This document shows positions 1-12,664 of a stretch of DNA of 64,000 bases, piece by piece. The position numbers and the translations under genes are program-made. The notes under the pieces were generated by a model that was given only the letters and a program-made list of their open reading frames with translations, did no database searches and was not told the origin of the DNA. Position 1 is the stretch's first letter. Every line of letters starts with the position of its first letter. The DNA is from Lama guanicoe (Eukaryota). The DNA lies in assembly GCA_013239625.1 (NCBI GenBank), contig MU057346.1, forward strand, positions 5,914,431-5,978,430. Direction: 5' to 3'.

Positions 1-249
1 GCACAATAATTCCAGATATCACAAAAAGAAATAGGCATGTGGAATTTTCAGTGGCAACCCTTCTTCTTTGAGTTTCCTAGGATGCCAAAGCTCCACAGAA
101 CAGATACTTTTGGTGTCCTATATATAATACCCATTTCTGATTTCAGCCACAGCTGTGGAGGACAATTCTATGAAGCTCAGATTCACCAGGAAGCATCGTA
201 TCTGAGGTGTTAGAAGTACAGAGTTCCTTTCTGTGTTCTGCCCTCAGGA

Positions 250-612
250 CCTTCCTGAGCTACCACCATATGGTTGGCTTCTGAAAACACCCTGGAAATG
301 TCAAGGAGTTGATGTACATGAGGTCAGTCTTAACCAATAAACAATCGAAGCCTGTGGATGAATGCCCCCGCCTTTGTCCTTCAGGTGGGTAGTGCTGGGA
401 GGCATCCTGCGTTTATCTCTGGAGCTCCTAGAGGAATTGAGCCCTTTGACCAAGAGCTGGAACCCCAATTATGCACCTTTTTTGGTCTTTTCCTCCCTGC
501 TTTTCTTACTTTCCTGGGTTCCTAACTTGCTTCAATCACTTGAGATCACTTCCAAAATAAACTAGCTGCACCCATCCTGTCTTAGGCTCTGTTTTGAGGG
601 GAACCCTAACAG
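250..612 (+). mobile_element. ERVL solo LTR, LTR16-like
   Basis: 3' end 'gatcacttccaaaataaactagctgcacccatcctgtcttaggctctgttttgaggggaaccctaac' matches the recalled LTR16 3' terminus; 5' boundary approximate. Confidence 0.7.
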
Positions 613-1183
613 GGCTCCCATTTTACAAACCCCTGAAAATTGAGTCCTGATAACTTAGGCAGATATTAGGAATTTCCCATGAAACATGAATGAATAGGTA
701 GGGAGCTTCTCTACTTTATGCTTATGCTTTCTGCATACTCCTGCTAAATAATATGGTGGGTTATGGCACCTTCTTGAGAGTAACCTGAAATACCAGTCTT
801 AGGGTGGTTGGTGCAAAGAGACAAAGGAAGATTTGGGCAGGACCCCGTGATTCCCAGGTGACCACCATATATGAGGTGGCCTGGATATTGTTGCTTCCTT
901 GTATCTAAACTAATATTTTCTTTTCTTAGCTTTTCTTTAGCAAGGCCAAACCTGATGCCATTTCTTCTTCCACAGATACCACATAAAACTCAGTCTAAAC
1001 TATGGAGCTTCTGTGGGCATTAAGGTTGTATTGTTCCAAGTGGTTGCCAGGTACCCTCAGATCTCTTGATTCTTGACTCTTTGCTTATACTTGTGATCAT
1101 TATTAATTTTGGCTTTCATTTATGTCTGCCTGGTTCTGTCTTCAACAAGTCAAGATATGTCCTGATCACTAAGGCTTACTTTT

Positions 1184-1693
1184 AAAGAATTTTTAAATAA
1201 AAAAAATTGTGATAAAATACACATAACATAAAATTTACCATCTTAACCATTTTTAAACGTACAGTTCGGTGGCTTTAAGTACATTCACATTGCTGCGCTA
1301 CCATCACCACTTTCTATCTGCAGAACTCTTCATCTCCTCAGACTGAAATTACCCATTGAATAATAATGCTCCTTGTCCCCCTTCCCTTAGAACCTAGCAA
1401 CCACAATTCTACTTTCTGTTTCTATGAATTTGACTACTCTAGTTACCACACATAAGTATAGCTAAATAGTATTTGCTTTTTTGTGACTGGCTTATTTTAC
1501 TTGGCCTAATGTCCTCAAAGTTCATTCATGCTGTAACACGTGTCAGAATTTCCCTCCATTTTATGGCTGAATAATATTCCATCCATTGTATATATGTATC
1601 ACATTTTGCTTATTCATTCATCTGTCAACAGAACACTTGGGTCGCATCCACCTTCCGGCTGTTGTGAATAAATTTGTTATAAACATGAGAGCA
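1184..1693 (-). mobile_element. 5'-truncated L1 (L1MB-like) 3' UTR with 14-bp TSD
   Basis: 'aaatacacataacataaaatttaccatcttaaccatttttaa...gtacattcacattg' is the L1MB 3' end in reverse; flanked by taaggcttactttt (1170-1183) and taaggctgactttt (1694-1707). Confidence 0.9.
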
Positions 1694-2264
1694 TAAGGCT
1701 GACTTTTGTTGTCCTCTTTCTCCAGAAAGTCTCCTCTTGTGCTTATTCTATCCTTGCTAGATGGTGAGCAGTGATATGGCAGTGTTTCATTCATCTTTAT
1801 ATCTCATTTATGAGCAGAGGACCTATCGAATATTGGGCACTTAAATCCATAGTCAGTGAATTCTTTGATCCCCTACTAATTATTTCCTCCAAAGCTGAAG
1901 AGATCCTGGATCTGTATAGCAGTTTTCCTGCAGTATTCCATTCTCCTTTATGTACTAGAGAGCTGTAGTATCCTCTATCCCTAAACTCTTTGTGTTGGAA
2001 GATGTTTGGAAATGGTTGCAGAGTAAATGGATGTTAGTCACTGTCCCTACTCCCTGGCCACATGGTGTCTCCAGCTGGCTACCTGATTCTTACCTTGCTC
2101 CAGTATCTCTACCTGTCCTCAGCATCTGGTGAATGAACAAGTACTTCTGGGCTCAGTGTCTCTTTCTGCCTTCTACAACCAATTTCTTCCTGAAGTCTGA
2201 CTCTGACCTAGAAATTCTGACTTAGACTTGCGATGAGGCTCTCTTAGTGAATCATCCTCATCTA

Positions 2265-2368
2265 CTGACAAGGAATAGCCTTGTGTGGGGATTAAATGAG
2301 ATGGGGTAAGCCATCTAGCAGAAGGCCTGGCTCATGCAAGTGCACAATAAATAGTAATTATTATTATT
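2265..2368 (+). mobile_element. MIR SINE 3' fragment
   Basis: 'ggattaaatgagat...cctggctcatgcaagtgcacaataaatagtaattatta' is the MIR 3' half. Confidence 0.75.
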
Positions 2369-2417
2369 TTTTAAACATTTTTTATTGAGTTGTAGTCATT
2401 TTACAATGTTGTGTCAA
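2369..2417 (-). mobile_element. Extremely truncated (49 bp) lineage-specific L1 3' end, camelid-like, with 16-bp TSD
   Basis: 'ttttaaacattttttattgagttgtagtcattttacaatgttgtgtcaa' between agtaattattattatt (2353-2368) and agtaactattattatt (2418-2433). Confidence 0.75.
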
Positions 2418-3347
2418 AGTAACTATTATTATTAAGCATAGTATTCTTTATTATATGCAAATGTGTATTGTATACATATACAATATACATATAAAACAAT
2501 CTTTTATATGTGCATATATACATATATGCATGTGTTTACAATACGTAATTGCATATACTTATTACTGATACTCTTCTTCAAAAATCATTTAAGGTATATA
2601 CTAAAATTATGTATATAAAAGAAAAATTGAAATAAGAGCAAAATATCAACAGTAATGTTTTAGAGACTAGGACATTGTAATATCATAATTCTAGGCTAAG
2701 GGTAGTTACGGTACTCGCTCTGAGCCAGAAAGAGAAAAAAAAGAAAAAGAAGCAAGAAACACCTTCATTATCTCTTTCTCTCATGTTTCAGGGAACAGAA
2801 GGGAAAAGAAAGCCACCTTGGTGTCTGAGTAATGAGTCATAGTAGGAGACCTGATCTCACTTCTCTCAATGTTTGTTGAAGAGAATGGAGTTAGAGGAAG
2901 GGACTGAAGAGGGAATGTTTGCTTCTCTGTTTTATACTTTTTGGAAAGGAGAAGTTAGGATGGAATAAGACAAATAATCCCTTTTTGGGTTAGAATATAA
3001 CTGTTCCCCTTGTAGTGATTGTAGCACTTAGATATTTCCCTGAGAGGCAGAGTTATGAGACTGATAAAAACGATGTATGCATGAGCAGATAATGCTGTGT
3101 TGGGTAAGACTTCAGAGCTAATGCAAGTTTCTCTGCCTAATTGGTTGGATTACTTTCCTTGGTCACTAATATCAATATTTAGTTTGGGCATCCATCTTTC
3201 CAGTGTGTTTTCCTATGAAGTACTGCTTAGGTTTGAAGTTATGTCTGGTACAATCAAATTAAGTGGTTTGTATCACTGAGGATGTCAGAATACTTCTTTT
3301 CTTCCCACCCAATAAATATCACTTAACTCCTTCGCACCCTTCCTCAC

Positions 3348-3743
3348 TGCTATGGGCTGGATTGTGTCCCCCTAAATTCACATGTTGAAGCCATAACCAC
3401 CCCATTGTAACTATATTTGAAGATAGGGGCAAAAAGAGGTAATTAAGGTTAAATGAGATCGTAAGTAAGTCCCTAATATTATAGGATTATAGTCCTTATA
3501 GAAACAGATACCAGAAAATGTGCTGTCTCTCTCACATGCTCTTNNNNNNNNNNNNNNNNNNNNNNNNNNNNNNNNNNNNNNNNNNNNNNNNNNNNNNNNN
3601 NNNNNNNNNNNNNNNNNNNNNNNNNNNNNNNNNNNNNNNNNNNNNNNNNNNNNNNNNNNNNNNNNNNNNNNNNNNNNNNNNNNNNNNNNNNNNNNNNNNN
3701 NNNNNNNNGTATTTTCTTATGGTAGCCTGAGCAGATTAATACA
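3348..3743 (+). mobile_element. MaLR solo LTR, MLT1A/B-like (interrupted by N gap 3544-3708)
   Basis: TG...CA termini 'tgctatgggctggattgtgtccccctaaattcacatgttgaag' and 'gcagattaataca'; 5-bp TSD ctcac/ctcat. Confidence 0.9.
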
Positions 3744-4089
3744 CTCATCCAACCCAGGGACTGGGAGAATTATATCATCATAGCTATCAACTATAGATCA
3801 CCTGTGTGATCTCAGTCTTACATATTCTGCTTTTGTGGTAATCATTTGCCCAGATTCATCCAGTTGGAGCTATAGCTCCTCTCTATGATGTGAGGGCCTC
3901 AACTGGAAAGGGATCAGCTCACTGCCAGCACAAGGGAGCAAGTGAATGAAGCGAGGCCTGTGGAGCCAGACCCCTCTCCTGCATGGCATCACTGGGTCTG
4001 CTCAGAGGGTTGAAGCCTGGGCCCTTGATACTGCTCACATGGTCTTCTCCATGTATTGTGGCTTCTGGAATATAGGTTTAGAGTCTACT

Positions 4090-4195
4090 TTTAGTTTTTC
4101 ATTCTCTTTCTGGCTTACTTAGAATAATCATCTCTAGGTCCATCCATGTTGCTACAAATGGCATTATTTCATTCTTTTTTTATGTCTGAGTAGCA
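4090..4195 (-). mobile_element. L1 fragment (ORF2 end/3' UTR junction)
   Basis: 'tggcttacttagaataatcatctctaggtccatccatgttgctacaaatggcattatttcattcttttttatgtctgagtag'. Confidence 0.75.
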
Positions 4196-4197
4196 TT

Positions 4198-4326
4198 TGC
4201 TTTACTCAGTCCACCAATTCAGATGCTAATTTTATATTCCCAAAGGACCATCAGAGACACACCCAGAAATAATGTTTTACTAGCTATTTGGGCATCTCTT
4301 AGCCCAGTCAAGCTGACACATAAAAG
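4198..4326 (-). mobile_element. MLT2 (ERVL LTR) terminal fragment
   Basis: 'ctttactcagtccaccaattcagatgctaat...cacacccagaaataatgtttta...cccagtcaagctgacacataaaa'. Confidence 0.8.
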
Positions 4327-5274
4327 AAAAGCAGAAGATGAAGTAGGTAATAACAATAAAGCATGTCAGATGCCATGATAGTGGAGTGGAGATGCCTAGA
4401 GAAGATAAAGCTGGAGATCCTAAGTCAGTTTGGAGAGTTCAGGGAAGACTTCTAGAATAAATGACACAAGAGTTTGGCAGGTAATAGGGAAGGAGGAGTA
4501 AGAGTAGACAAAGGCATAGAAAGGAGAGAATACATGTTTATAAAAACTGAAAGGAGTTCTGCGAGACCACATTGTATGTTGTGAGAGTCTGGTTTCTGAT
4601 CCTGTAATTTAGTGAACTTTGCAATCTATTGCACCTTCTTGAAGATTCCCAGTGCATGTGATAGAGGCTCTGAAAAGTCCTCAGTGAAAAAAAAAAGCCC
4701 CTTAATTCTGTTTTATTAAGCATTTACAAAACTTACTTAACCATGGAACTGTCTTTCCTGTACTCAATCTCTTCTTAGCATCAAGCAGAACCAGTGATAC
4801 ATGGTACACATACTGAAAAACCATGGACATTATAGTTGTGTGCAGTAGAAAGAGACTATATTCCAGACAGATCTTGTAGCTCAATCAAATTTGTTCTAGA
4901 TCTGAAAATAAATGTGAATCTTCCTGTCCGAATGTTTCTTGGCACACCCAGAGCCAGATTCATTAGCTCATGCAGTTGGCAAAGCCCTTGATTTCCACTT
5001 GGAACTCTCCTCTGTGAGTTCACACACGTCCTGGATGGACTTCGCTTTTACTTCTGCTGTTTGTCCAGTGCTCAGAGATGCAGGAACTCAGTTCCCCTTT
5101 TTAGGTGTCCAGGTGTTTGGAAATTCCCTTCCCCACCAAGTCTTTCAAGGCCTTCTCTGCAGAAGCATTTACCCTTCAGGGAACTGTGAAGATATCAACT
5201 GTCCTGGCCATTCTCTTAGTCCTCAGATTATGCTCCTTGTCTTTTCATATGGATGCATCTTGTCTACCCAACTG

Positions 5275-5490
5275 AGCACTGGGCTTTGGAGTCAAGTCTG
5301 GCTTCTATAATTGGCCAGGTAGTGATCAGGGACAAGCAGCTTAACTACTCTGTGCCTCATTTTTTTCATTTGTAAAACAGAAATTAAATTACCTACTGCA
5401 TAGTGTCCTGGAGGTTTAACATTTTGCTGAATGTTCTAGAGCATTTAAAATAGTTCTGCCACATAATAAGCACATATTGCCTTTTTAGAA
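5275..5490 (+). mobile_element. MIR SINE
   Basis: 'gggctttggagtca...ttaactactctgtgcctcatttttttcatttgtaaaac' is the MIR core. Confidence 0.75.
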
Positions 5491-5719
5491 GAAGATCGGA
5501 ACTCTTGTTGTCCTGAGTTTGATATGAGTTTCCTCCTACAACTGCTTTGTATGGTGATACAGGGTTTGACTCTCTCACAGGATAACATCTTTCTCTAGGA
5601 TATATTATTTCCTGATCTTTTTGAGGTTATGATCCCTTCCTCCATTGTTTCTCTCCTTCCTTTCTCCCTTTGTTCCTCCCTCTCTTTGTCCCTCCCTCCC
5701 TTCTTTCCTTCCTTCCTTT

Positions 5720-6449
5720 GTAACAGCTTTATTAACATATGTCACACACTATATGATTCACTCATTTAAAGTATATAATTAAATGGCTTTTAGTATATTC
5801 ACAGGGTTATGCATCTATCGCCACAATCAATTTTAGAACATTTCTGTTACTCCAAAAAGAAGTCCTATACCCATTCCCATGTTATGAACTAAATGTTTGT
5901 GTCGTCCCCCTCTACCTCCCANNNNNNNNNNNNNNNNNNNNNNNNNNNNNNNNNNNNNNNNNNNNNNNNNNNNNNNNNNNNNNNNNNNNNNNNNNNNNNN
6001 NNNNNNNNNNNNNNNNNNNNNNNNNNNNNNNNNNNNNNNNNNNNNNNNNNNNNNTCACTTTCTGTCTCTGCTTACATGTACCAAAGAGGTCCATGTGAGG
6101 ATATAGTGGGGAAGAGGGCCCTTACTAAGAGCCAGACTGTGCTGGCACCCTGATCTTGAACATCCAGTCTCTAGAACCGGGAAAAATAAATGTCTGTATT
6201 TTGAAGCCACTGGGTCTATGGTATTTTTATTATAGCAGCCCAAACTGACTGACACCCAATTTCCCTTCACCCCACCCCCCACCCCTGATTGCAGTCCATC
6301 TTTTCTACTTTCTGATTCTATGGATTTGCCTATTTTGGACACTTCAAATAAATGGAATCATATAATATGTGGACTTTGTGACTGGCTTCTTTCACTTAGC
6401 ATGGTATTTTTATGTGTCATCATGTTGTAGCTTGTATCAATACTTCATT
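5720..6449 (-). mobile_element. L1MB/MC 3' UTR with CT-rich decayed tail (about 5640-5720), interrupted by an MLT1A LTR
   Basis: 'aacagctttatt...ggcttttagtatattcacagggttatgca...acaatcaattttagaacatt'; resumes after 6254 with 'ctactttctgattctatggatttgcctattttggacacttcaaataaatggaatcata'. Confidence 0.85.
5880..6254 (+). mobile_element. MaLR solo LTR, MLT1A-like, nested in L1
   Basis: 'tgttatgaactaaatgtttgtgtc' to 'gctggcaccctgatcttgaacatccagtctctagaacc...tatagcagcccaaactgactgaca'; 375 bp including the N gap. Confidence 0.85.
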
Positions 6450-7713
6450 NNNNNNNNNNNNNNNNNNNNNNNNNNNNNNNNNNNNNNNNNNNNNNNNNNN
6501 NNNNNNNNNNNNNNNNNNNNNNNNNNNNNNNNNNNNNNNNNNNNNNNNNNNNNNNNNNNNNNNNNNNNNNNNNNNNNNNNNNNNNNNNNNNNNNNNNNNN
6601 NNNNNNNNNNNNNNNNNNNNNNNNNNNNNNNNNNNNNNNNNNNNNNNNNNNNNNNNNNNNNNNNNNNNNNNNNNNNNNNNNNNNNNNNNNNNNNNNNNNN
6701 NNNNNNNNNNNNNNNNNNNNNNNNNNNNNNNNNNNNNNNNNNNNNNNNCTTTTCTTTCATTTATCATTACCTCCACCAACCAGCTCACTTTATAAATAGG
6801 GACTTCATGATCTGTTATTGATATATATTTATTTTAATAAACAAAGTAAAGTGAAACCTAATTTCATTTGGAAAATTCATGGCTCATATTGAGATAATTG
6901 TGCTTCATCAAAAACAAAAAAAGATTTGGTGGGGAATTAACAAATGTTAGCAGCTATTACTAGGTTCACATAGATTATAAACCCCTTGCAGCCAAGGACT
7001 AAACCTTACTTACCTATGTTTCCTTTGTGGGGTTTAACAAAAGGTTGGGATAAATACACATTTATCATTATTCCATTTGTTCCTTTAATACTTCAGCTAG
7101 GGGTTATGGTGTATGCCTACATACTGGTGTACAATGAAAAAAAGAGAACAATCATTTAGATGCCATGGTTAGTCCACCACTCCACCCAATGAAAGTGGGC
7201 CCACAGGCAATAGATACGTTCAAGCTTGAAACAGTGAATTCAGGCTTGAAACCCATGGAAATTATTTTTGAATAATTTTCAGGGCTTGTCATCCTTTGAC
7301 AAAGAAGGGAGATGCATGATTCAGGTGACCACCTAAGTGGATGGTGGTGGCTTTATTGATAAATGGAGGAATTAAGTTGAGGGCCAAGAGAAGACTTGAG
7401 TAAGGGGATGTGAGAGGAACTGATAGGCTTGTCCTCAGAAGACATTTATGGGAGATTTAAAGATTTTAAAGAACAGGTTTGACTCTTTGTCAGTTTGCTC
7501 TTACCCTGCTGATAGCCCTGTGCCCTCTTCAAGGAGATTCTGGAACTTGGCAGAAGGTCAGAGAGATAAAATCCCCACCTTCCAGGGGCTTAGGGTCTAG
7601 TGTACAAGGCAACAAAGTCACAGAGCAATTGCAAAACCACATGAAAAGGCAAAGATAGAAGTGTGCACAGGGTTGGGGTAGTGCTGACAGGGAGCACCTG
7701 AGGGGAGTTCAGA

Positions 7714-8173
7714 TGTATTAGTTTCCTTCAGGCCGCTATAACCATTTGTTACAAACCGGGAGCTTAAAACAATGAAATTTATTGTCTCTCAAGTCTGGAG
7801 GCCAGATGTCTGAAGTCAAGGTGTCAGCAGGGTCATCCTCCCTTTGAAAACACTAGGGGAGAATCCTTCCTCACCTCTTGCAGCTTCTTGTGGCTCTAGG
7901 TGTTCCTTGGCTTGGGGCTACATCATTCCCATGCCTGCCTCTGCCTCCACATGGACCCTTTCCTCTTAATCCTTGTGTCTCTCTTCTGTGTGTCTCTTAT
8001 AAGGGCAGTTATCATTGGATTTAGGGTCCACCTAGATAATCCAGGATGACATCATCTTGAGATCTTTAACTTTTATCTGCAAGACCCTGTTTCCAAATAA
8101 GATCACATGAACAGGTTCTGGGGGCTATGATGTGAATGTACATTTTTGAGGGAGCACCCTTCAACCTATTACA
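7714..8173 (-). mobile_element. MaLR solo LTR, MLT1C-like, full length
   Basis: 'tgtattagtttcc...gcttaaaacaatgaaatttattgtctctcaagtctggaggccaga...ttcaacctattaca'; TSD tcaga/tcagg. Confidence 0.9.
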
Positions 8174-8347
8174 TCAGGGAAGGCTGCCTGTTGCCATTAA
8201 ACAGTTGAGCTAAATCTTGAAGGAATTAAGTAGGTGAAAGGGCAGAGAAAGTGTTCCAGAAAGATGGGAAGAGGGGGCATTTGCTAAGATCCTGTTGGAA
8301 GAGACTCTACAGTCATTCAGGGTACTGTGATACTCTTGGAGTGTAGT

Positions 8348-8379
8348 GTGCATGTGTGTGTGTGTGTGCGTGTGTGTGT
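8348..8379. repeat. (TG)n microsatellite, imperfect
   Basis: tgcatgtgtgtgtgtgtgtgcgtgtgtgtgta. Confidence 0.9.
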
Positions 8380-9004
8380 AGTACAGTGGGAAGTGAGGAG
8401 AGGGGAGAAGTTTTGGGCTAGAGAAGTAGGTAAGGCTTAGATTCCAGAGCATCTGGGATGACATAATAAGAGAATGGAGAAACTACTAAAGACTTTTAAA
8501 TAGGGAGGTGATGTGAGCTGACTGGCCTTTTGGGTGCTCTGTGGAGGGTGGGATGCAGGAAGGCTGGTAGTAGAGAAACTAGTTAGTGAAACTTCTGCTC
8601 AGTAAATGTGCGTTAACTTGAGTTTGTCCTCTCCTTACTTTTTTATTTTTCTACATTAGCTTATGATTTTTGCTGGGCTGTTGGATGCAATTTAATGCAC
8701 TAAGTCAATCTATTTACTTGTAATGCTCATCACTAATAGGAAGCAAGCTGCTGGCCTCGCAAGGGAAGCTGGCCATGCTCAGTTGAAGTCCCCTACATTG
8801 ATGATGAAAGATTGTAAGTGGATTGAGCAGGTTGATGGTGTCAATTCCAATTTGTTGAGCCACCGAATCATGTTGTCAACAATTAGCATCTACGAAATAT
8901 GCACATACATCACGCTTTCAGTGAAGGGCTGAGAAACTCTGGATTTGACACAAACTTTTCCCTTACCACTGCTTTGTAGTTGCTGCTGTAATTAAAGTTC
9001 GAAT

Positions 9005-9200
9005 GATTTAAACATATTTATTGAGCCCCCTTTAGGTGTCAGGCACTATGCAAGATGCCTGGGGTTTAGCAGGGAACCAAATAAATAGCCCTCGTCTTCA
9101 GAGAGCTCACAGTCTAGTGAGGAACAGACAAGCAGACAATGATAATGCAATGGGGTGGGGTGGTAAATTCTGTGCTAGGGGAAAGTGGAGGCACTACATA
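9005..9200 (-). mobile_element. L2 3' fragment
   Basis: 'aacatatttattgagc...tgtcaggcactatg...ccctcgtcttcagagagctcacagtctagtgagg'. Confidence 0.75.
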
Positions 9201-9499
9201 TCACCCAAATATCCCACAACAGAAAGGAGCAGAAAAGGGGAGGGTTGCAGAGACCTTCTCTGGGTCAGCTCCATGCTATAGTGCCTGACTCTGATGTGAA
9301 GTTGTCTTATTCAGTGGTGGGAATGCACCAGTTTTTAGTGGCATCTTTGGGTACAGAGCTCCCTTCCGAGCAATTCTGTAGGTGTTCTTGATGTGCTACA
9401 CCTCCTCGTCCTCTCTTTACTGTCCACTCCCTCCAAGAGGATTAGCCTCCTCCCCCAAACCAAGCGGTTTCTTACAGAGTGGAAGAGCATTTTTCAGGT

Positions 9500-9800
9500 C
9501 TGTTTATTTGTTCATTTAGCAAAAACATGCTGGCTGCTGACTGCTTGCAATGTTCTGTGCCAGCAAGAGGGGTTACTGTAGATACAGATAAGGTATGAAT
9601 TCTGCCTTTAAGATGCCTATGTTTATGTCAGAGCAAGGTAGTCCATGGAGAGTTGGTAGTAAGGCAGGGTGATATTTCACTGGCAAGAGGCATTGCTGTC
9701 ACTTGGAAGGTGCTGGGGTGGGTGTAGCAGTTTTGGGAAAAGCAGGGCTGGAGGAGAAAACATTGATGCTGAGCTTTGAAGGGGTTGTCTAGGTTAGGGT
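9500..9800 (-). mobile_element. L2 3' fragment
   Basis: 'tgtttatttgttcatttagcaaaaacatg...ttctgtgccag...tctgcctttaagatgcct'. Confidence 0.55.
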
Positions 9801-9827
9801 GGGTAGCATTCACTCCAGTCTGATTCC

Positions 9828-10068
9828 TGGTTTGGAGTCAGACTGTCTGGGTTCAGACTGCATCCCCAGCCCATGCTTAGCATGAGATCTTAAGGAAGGC
9901 CCTCCTTCACCTGGCTAAGCCCCAGTTTCCTCCTCTGTGAGATGGGATATGAATAGCTCTGCCTGCCTGGTGATGCTATGGAGGTTTGGCCATCTGCATG
10001 ATATGCTCTGGGCACAGTGCCCATCACAGTAAGCACTCAATCAATACCAGCCACTATTGCTATTAGCC
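9828..10068 (+). mobile_element. MIR SINE
   Basis: 'tttggagtcagactgtctgggttcaga...cccagtttcctcctctgtgagatggga...cacagtgcccatcacagtaagcactcaa'. Confidence 0.85.
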
Positions 10069-11347
10069 AGTCCTGGTGAGAGAAGGGCCTTTCCTGACAT
10101 TGTTTGCTTTGAAAAGGCACCTATGACCATATATTAAAGACACTGGAAGGAAGGGCTTGGTTGACCATTTCACTAAGTTGAAACTTGCTTTGTAGGAAGA
10201 AGAGGAAAAAGGTGAGCCAGTCTCATGTCCAAAGCCCTGTTAAAGGTCTTTTATTCTTTCCTGGCTCTGGGGTTGGGTTTTGTACCTGTTATTATGAAAA
10301 TATCTCTGGAATATCTCTAGCTTAAGTGGTCCAGAACCCACGGGAACTGTCAAAACTAGGATTGGAACATAAATATGAAATGACAGGCAGTTTCATGTGC
10401 TGTTATTAAACTTCACAGCTAGGATTTTTAAAAGCAAATTATCATGTAAAAATATTCTTATGTTAAACTGGAAATGAAAATGACTTATTTATTTACTTAG
10501 ATCAAATCATTGGATGCAAAGTTAGGCTGTATTTTTTTTTCCCTGCCAAATGCTTTGATGAGTTCCTTTAACCAAACAGTTTAAATATGAATATTAGTTA
10601 AGATGCATCAACCACTGTGGGGTTATCAGCCTCCTAAGGATTGTCTCCTTTTAAATGGGTCAATGAATAGAGAAATAAAATAGGAGTCAGAGGCTTTACT
10701 ATTTTTGGCATTCAACCAAGAGAATAATTCTCTCACAAGTAGTATGGGTAAGCTAGATGTGACTGAGAAATGGACTTATTTATGGGAACTGAAGCACCTC
10801 CTTTAAGTGCCCAAGTCTTTAGGAGCACTTGTGGTTGTTACCAGGGCCTGGGACTCACCTTGATGGCCACCAGATGTCACTGTTGAGTTACAGACGCACA
10901 GCCCAAAGGGCTGAGAATCCTTCCAGGGGAGGACTTAAGGAAAACTTAACCTGGCCAAATGACTCATTCTTTATTTTAAATATCTGCTAAGCTCAGGAGC
11001 CCAGGGCAAGCTTAATTGAAGTCAGGAGAGTAGAGTATGGAAGAAAATTAGGGCAGTGGGAAAAAAAATGCAATGTTTGCTCTTTCCGTATTCTGGAGAT
11101 TCTTGTCATTCAGTCACTTCTGCATGCCTGTCTCCCCCCAATTCGCAGCTCAGAACTAGGCAGTAAATGCACCGAACTGGCTAGACTTGCAAAGTTGCAG
11201 AATATCGGAGCAGGAAGGGCTCCTAGGGGTCATCTAGCACATTGCCTCAGTTCCAGTGCAGGGCACCAAGAGGAAAATGAACTGCCCAGGGTCACAGTTA
11301 ACTCTAGGCTGAGACTCTCTCCTAAGGTTACTGATGAAGGAATAGGA

Positions 11348-11534
11348 CAGTGGTTCTCAAAGTGTGGTCCCTGGACCAGCATCATTACTGTCATCTGGGA
11401 ACTTGTCAGAAAAATCACATTCTTGGGTTCTACCCCAGTCCTATTGAATCAGAAAGACTGGGTTGGGGCTCAGCAATGTGTTTTTAACCACTCCTTCAGA
11501 AGATTCTGATTTGACTGAAATATAAAATCTACTG
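11348..11534. mobile_element. MER5A hAT-Charlie non-autonomous DNA transposon
   Basis: Starts 'cagtggttctcaaagtgtggtccctggaccagcatca'; internal 'ctattgaatcagaa'; decayed right TIR ending 'actg'; 187 bp. Confidence 0.85.
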
Positions 11535-12664
11535 CTAATAAGAGTACGAGGGCCTTAGTTCCTACTTGTGCTACTAGCATCTCTCCAGGCTCAGGCTTTG
11601 ATGAGTGCAGCCAATTCTCAGCTTCTCACTGGAGCTTGACCTCATCCACACATTCCCTAGGAAGAGTGTCTCCCAAGTAGACATGTCTATGTTGGGTTGT
11701 GTAGAAAGACACTTGTCCTCGACACTACCCAGTTTTCTGGGCCCGAATTTCCAGCTATTGGCTGCAGTTTACTGAACATGCCTCCTAATGTCTCCATTTC
11801 AGCCAAGGCAGCTTGAGCCTCAGTCTCTCTGTTCCCTTTCTCTACTTCCGTATCCTCATTAAATTTATGTCCCTTTGCCTCTCATTTTTCATCTCCTATG
11901 GGCCAGGTGCTTCCACATGTTCTTGGAGTTCTCACAGCAAACCCTGGAGAAGAGAGTTTGACCACTTTTTTACAGGCAACAAATGCCCAAGGTCACACTA
12001 GTGAGGTAGTGTGTACACAGGGAAGATTTCAATGGCCCTGCTTCAAGTTGATGAAGCTTTATTTCCCTCCCAGGCTCTCTTTGCATTTTAAATCGGTCTA
12101 CAAGCTCCAAGAGGGAGCCAAGTAAGAATTCTGGATTTCCTTGCCTGGGTCTGAGGACAGAGATTTCTAGGGAGTAGGACATATAAAAGAAAGGACCCCC
12201 TGTGATTCCCCACAAGGTGCCCTCCCAAAAGAGCCTATCTTATGTGCTTGGAAAATGGTTAGATCCTGGTTGGGTCTTTCATGAAAAGAAATACTCTTTA
12301 GCTTCAGCCATCACTTCATGGTGTCATTTTCCAGATATTTTTAGGACTGCTCAGTCTTCTTTACACCAATGACTTCTTGCGTCTTTTGTCATTAGCTTTT
12401 CCTCCCTAGCAGACACATTTTTAGAGTTTTAGAACATTTTTGTTGTCTTGTGCTTCATCTCAGTTTTAGGCTTTCCTTCTTCTTTCTGGACTATTTCTTT
12501 ATGATATAAGATTTAATTCTGATTTTTCATTTTTTCAGCAAGAATTGAATTTCCCTTTATGTTTGGGCATCCACTCAGCCTAACTTGTCATGGTGGTTTA
12601 TTCTGTTGCGAGGACTGAGTATTTATGAGAACACTGTTCTTGTCTTTTCCTCATTAGTTATTCT

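Larger units (their letters stand above)
7570..8540 (-). mobile_element. L2 LINE fragment interrupted by MLT1C
   Basis: 'ggggcttagggtctagtg', 'cagggaaggctgcctg...gttgagctaaatcttgaagga...gttccagaaaga', 'aaagacttttaaatagggaggtgatgtga'. Confidence 0.65.

Noticed and set aside
4939-5310. 123-aa ORF
   Set aside because: TTG start, no recognisable domain, runs into a MIR, no exon signals
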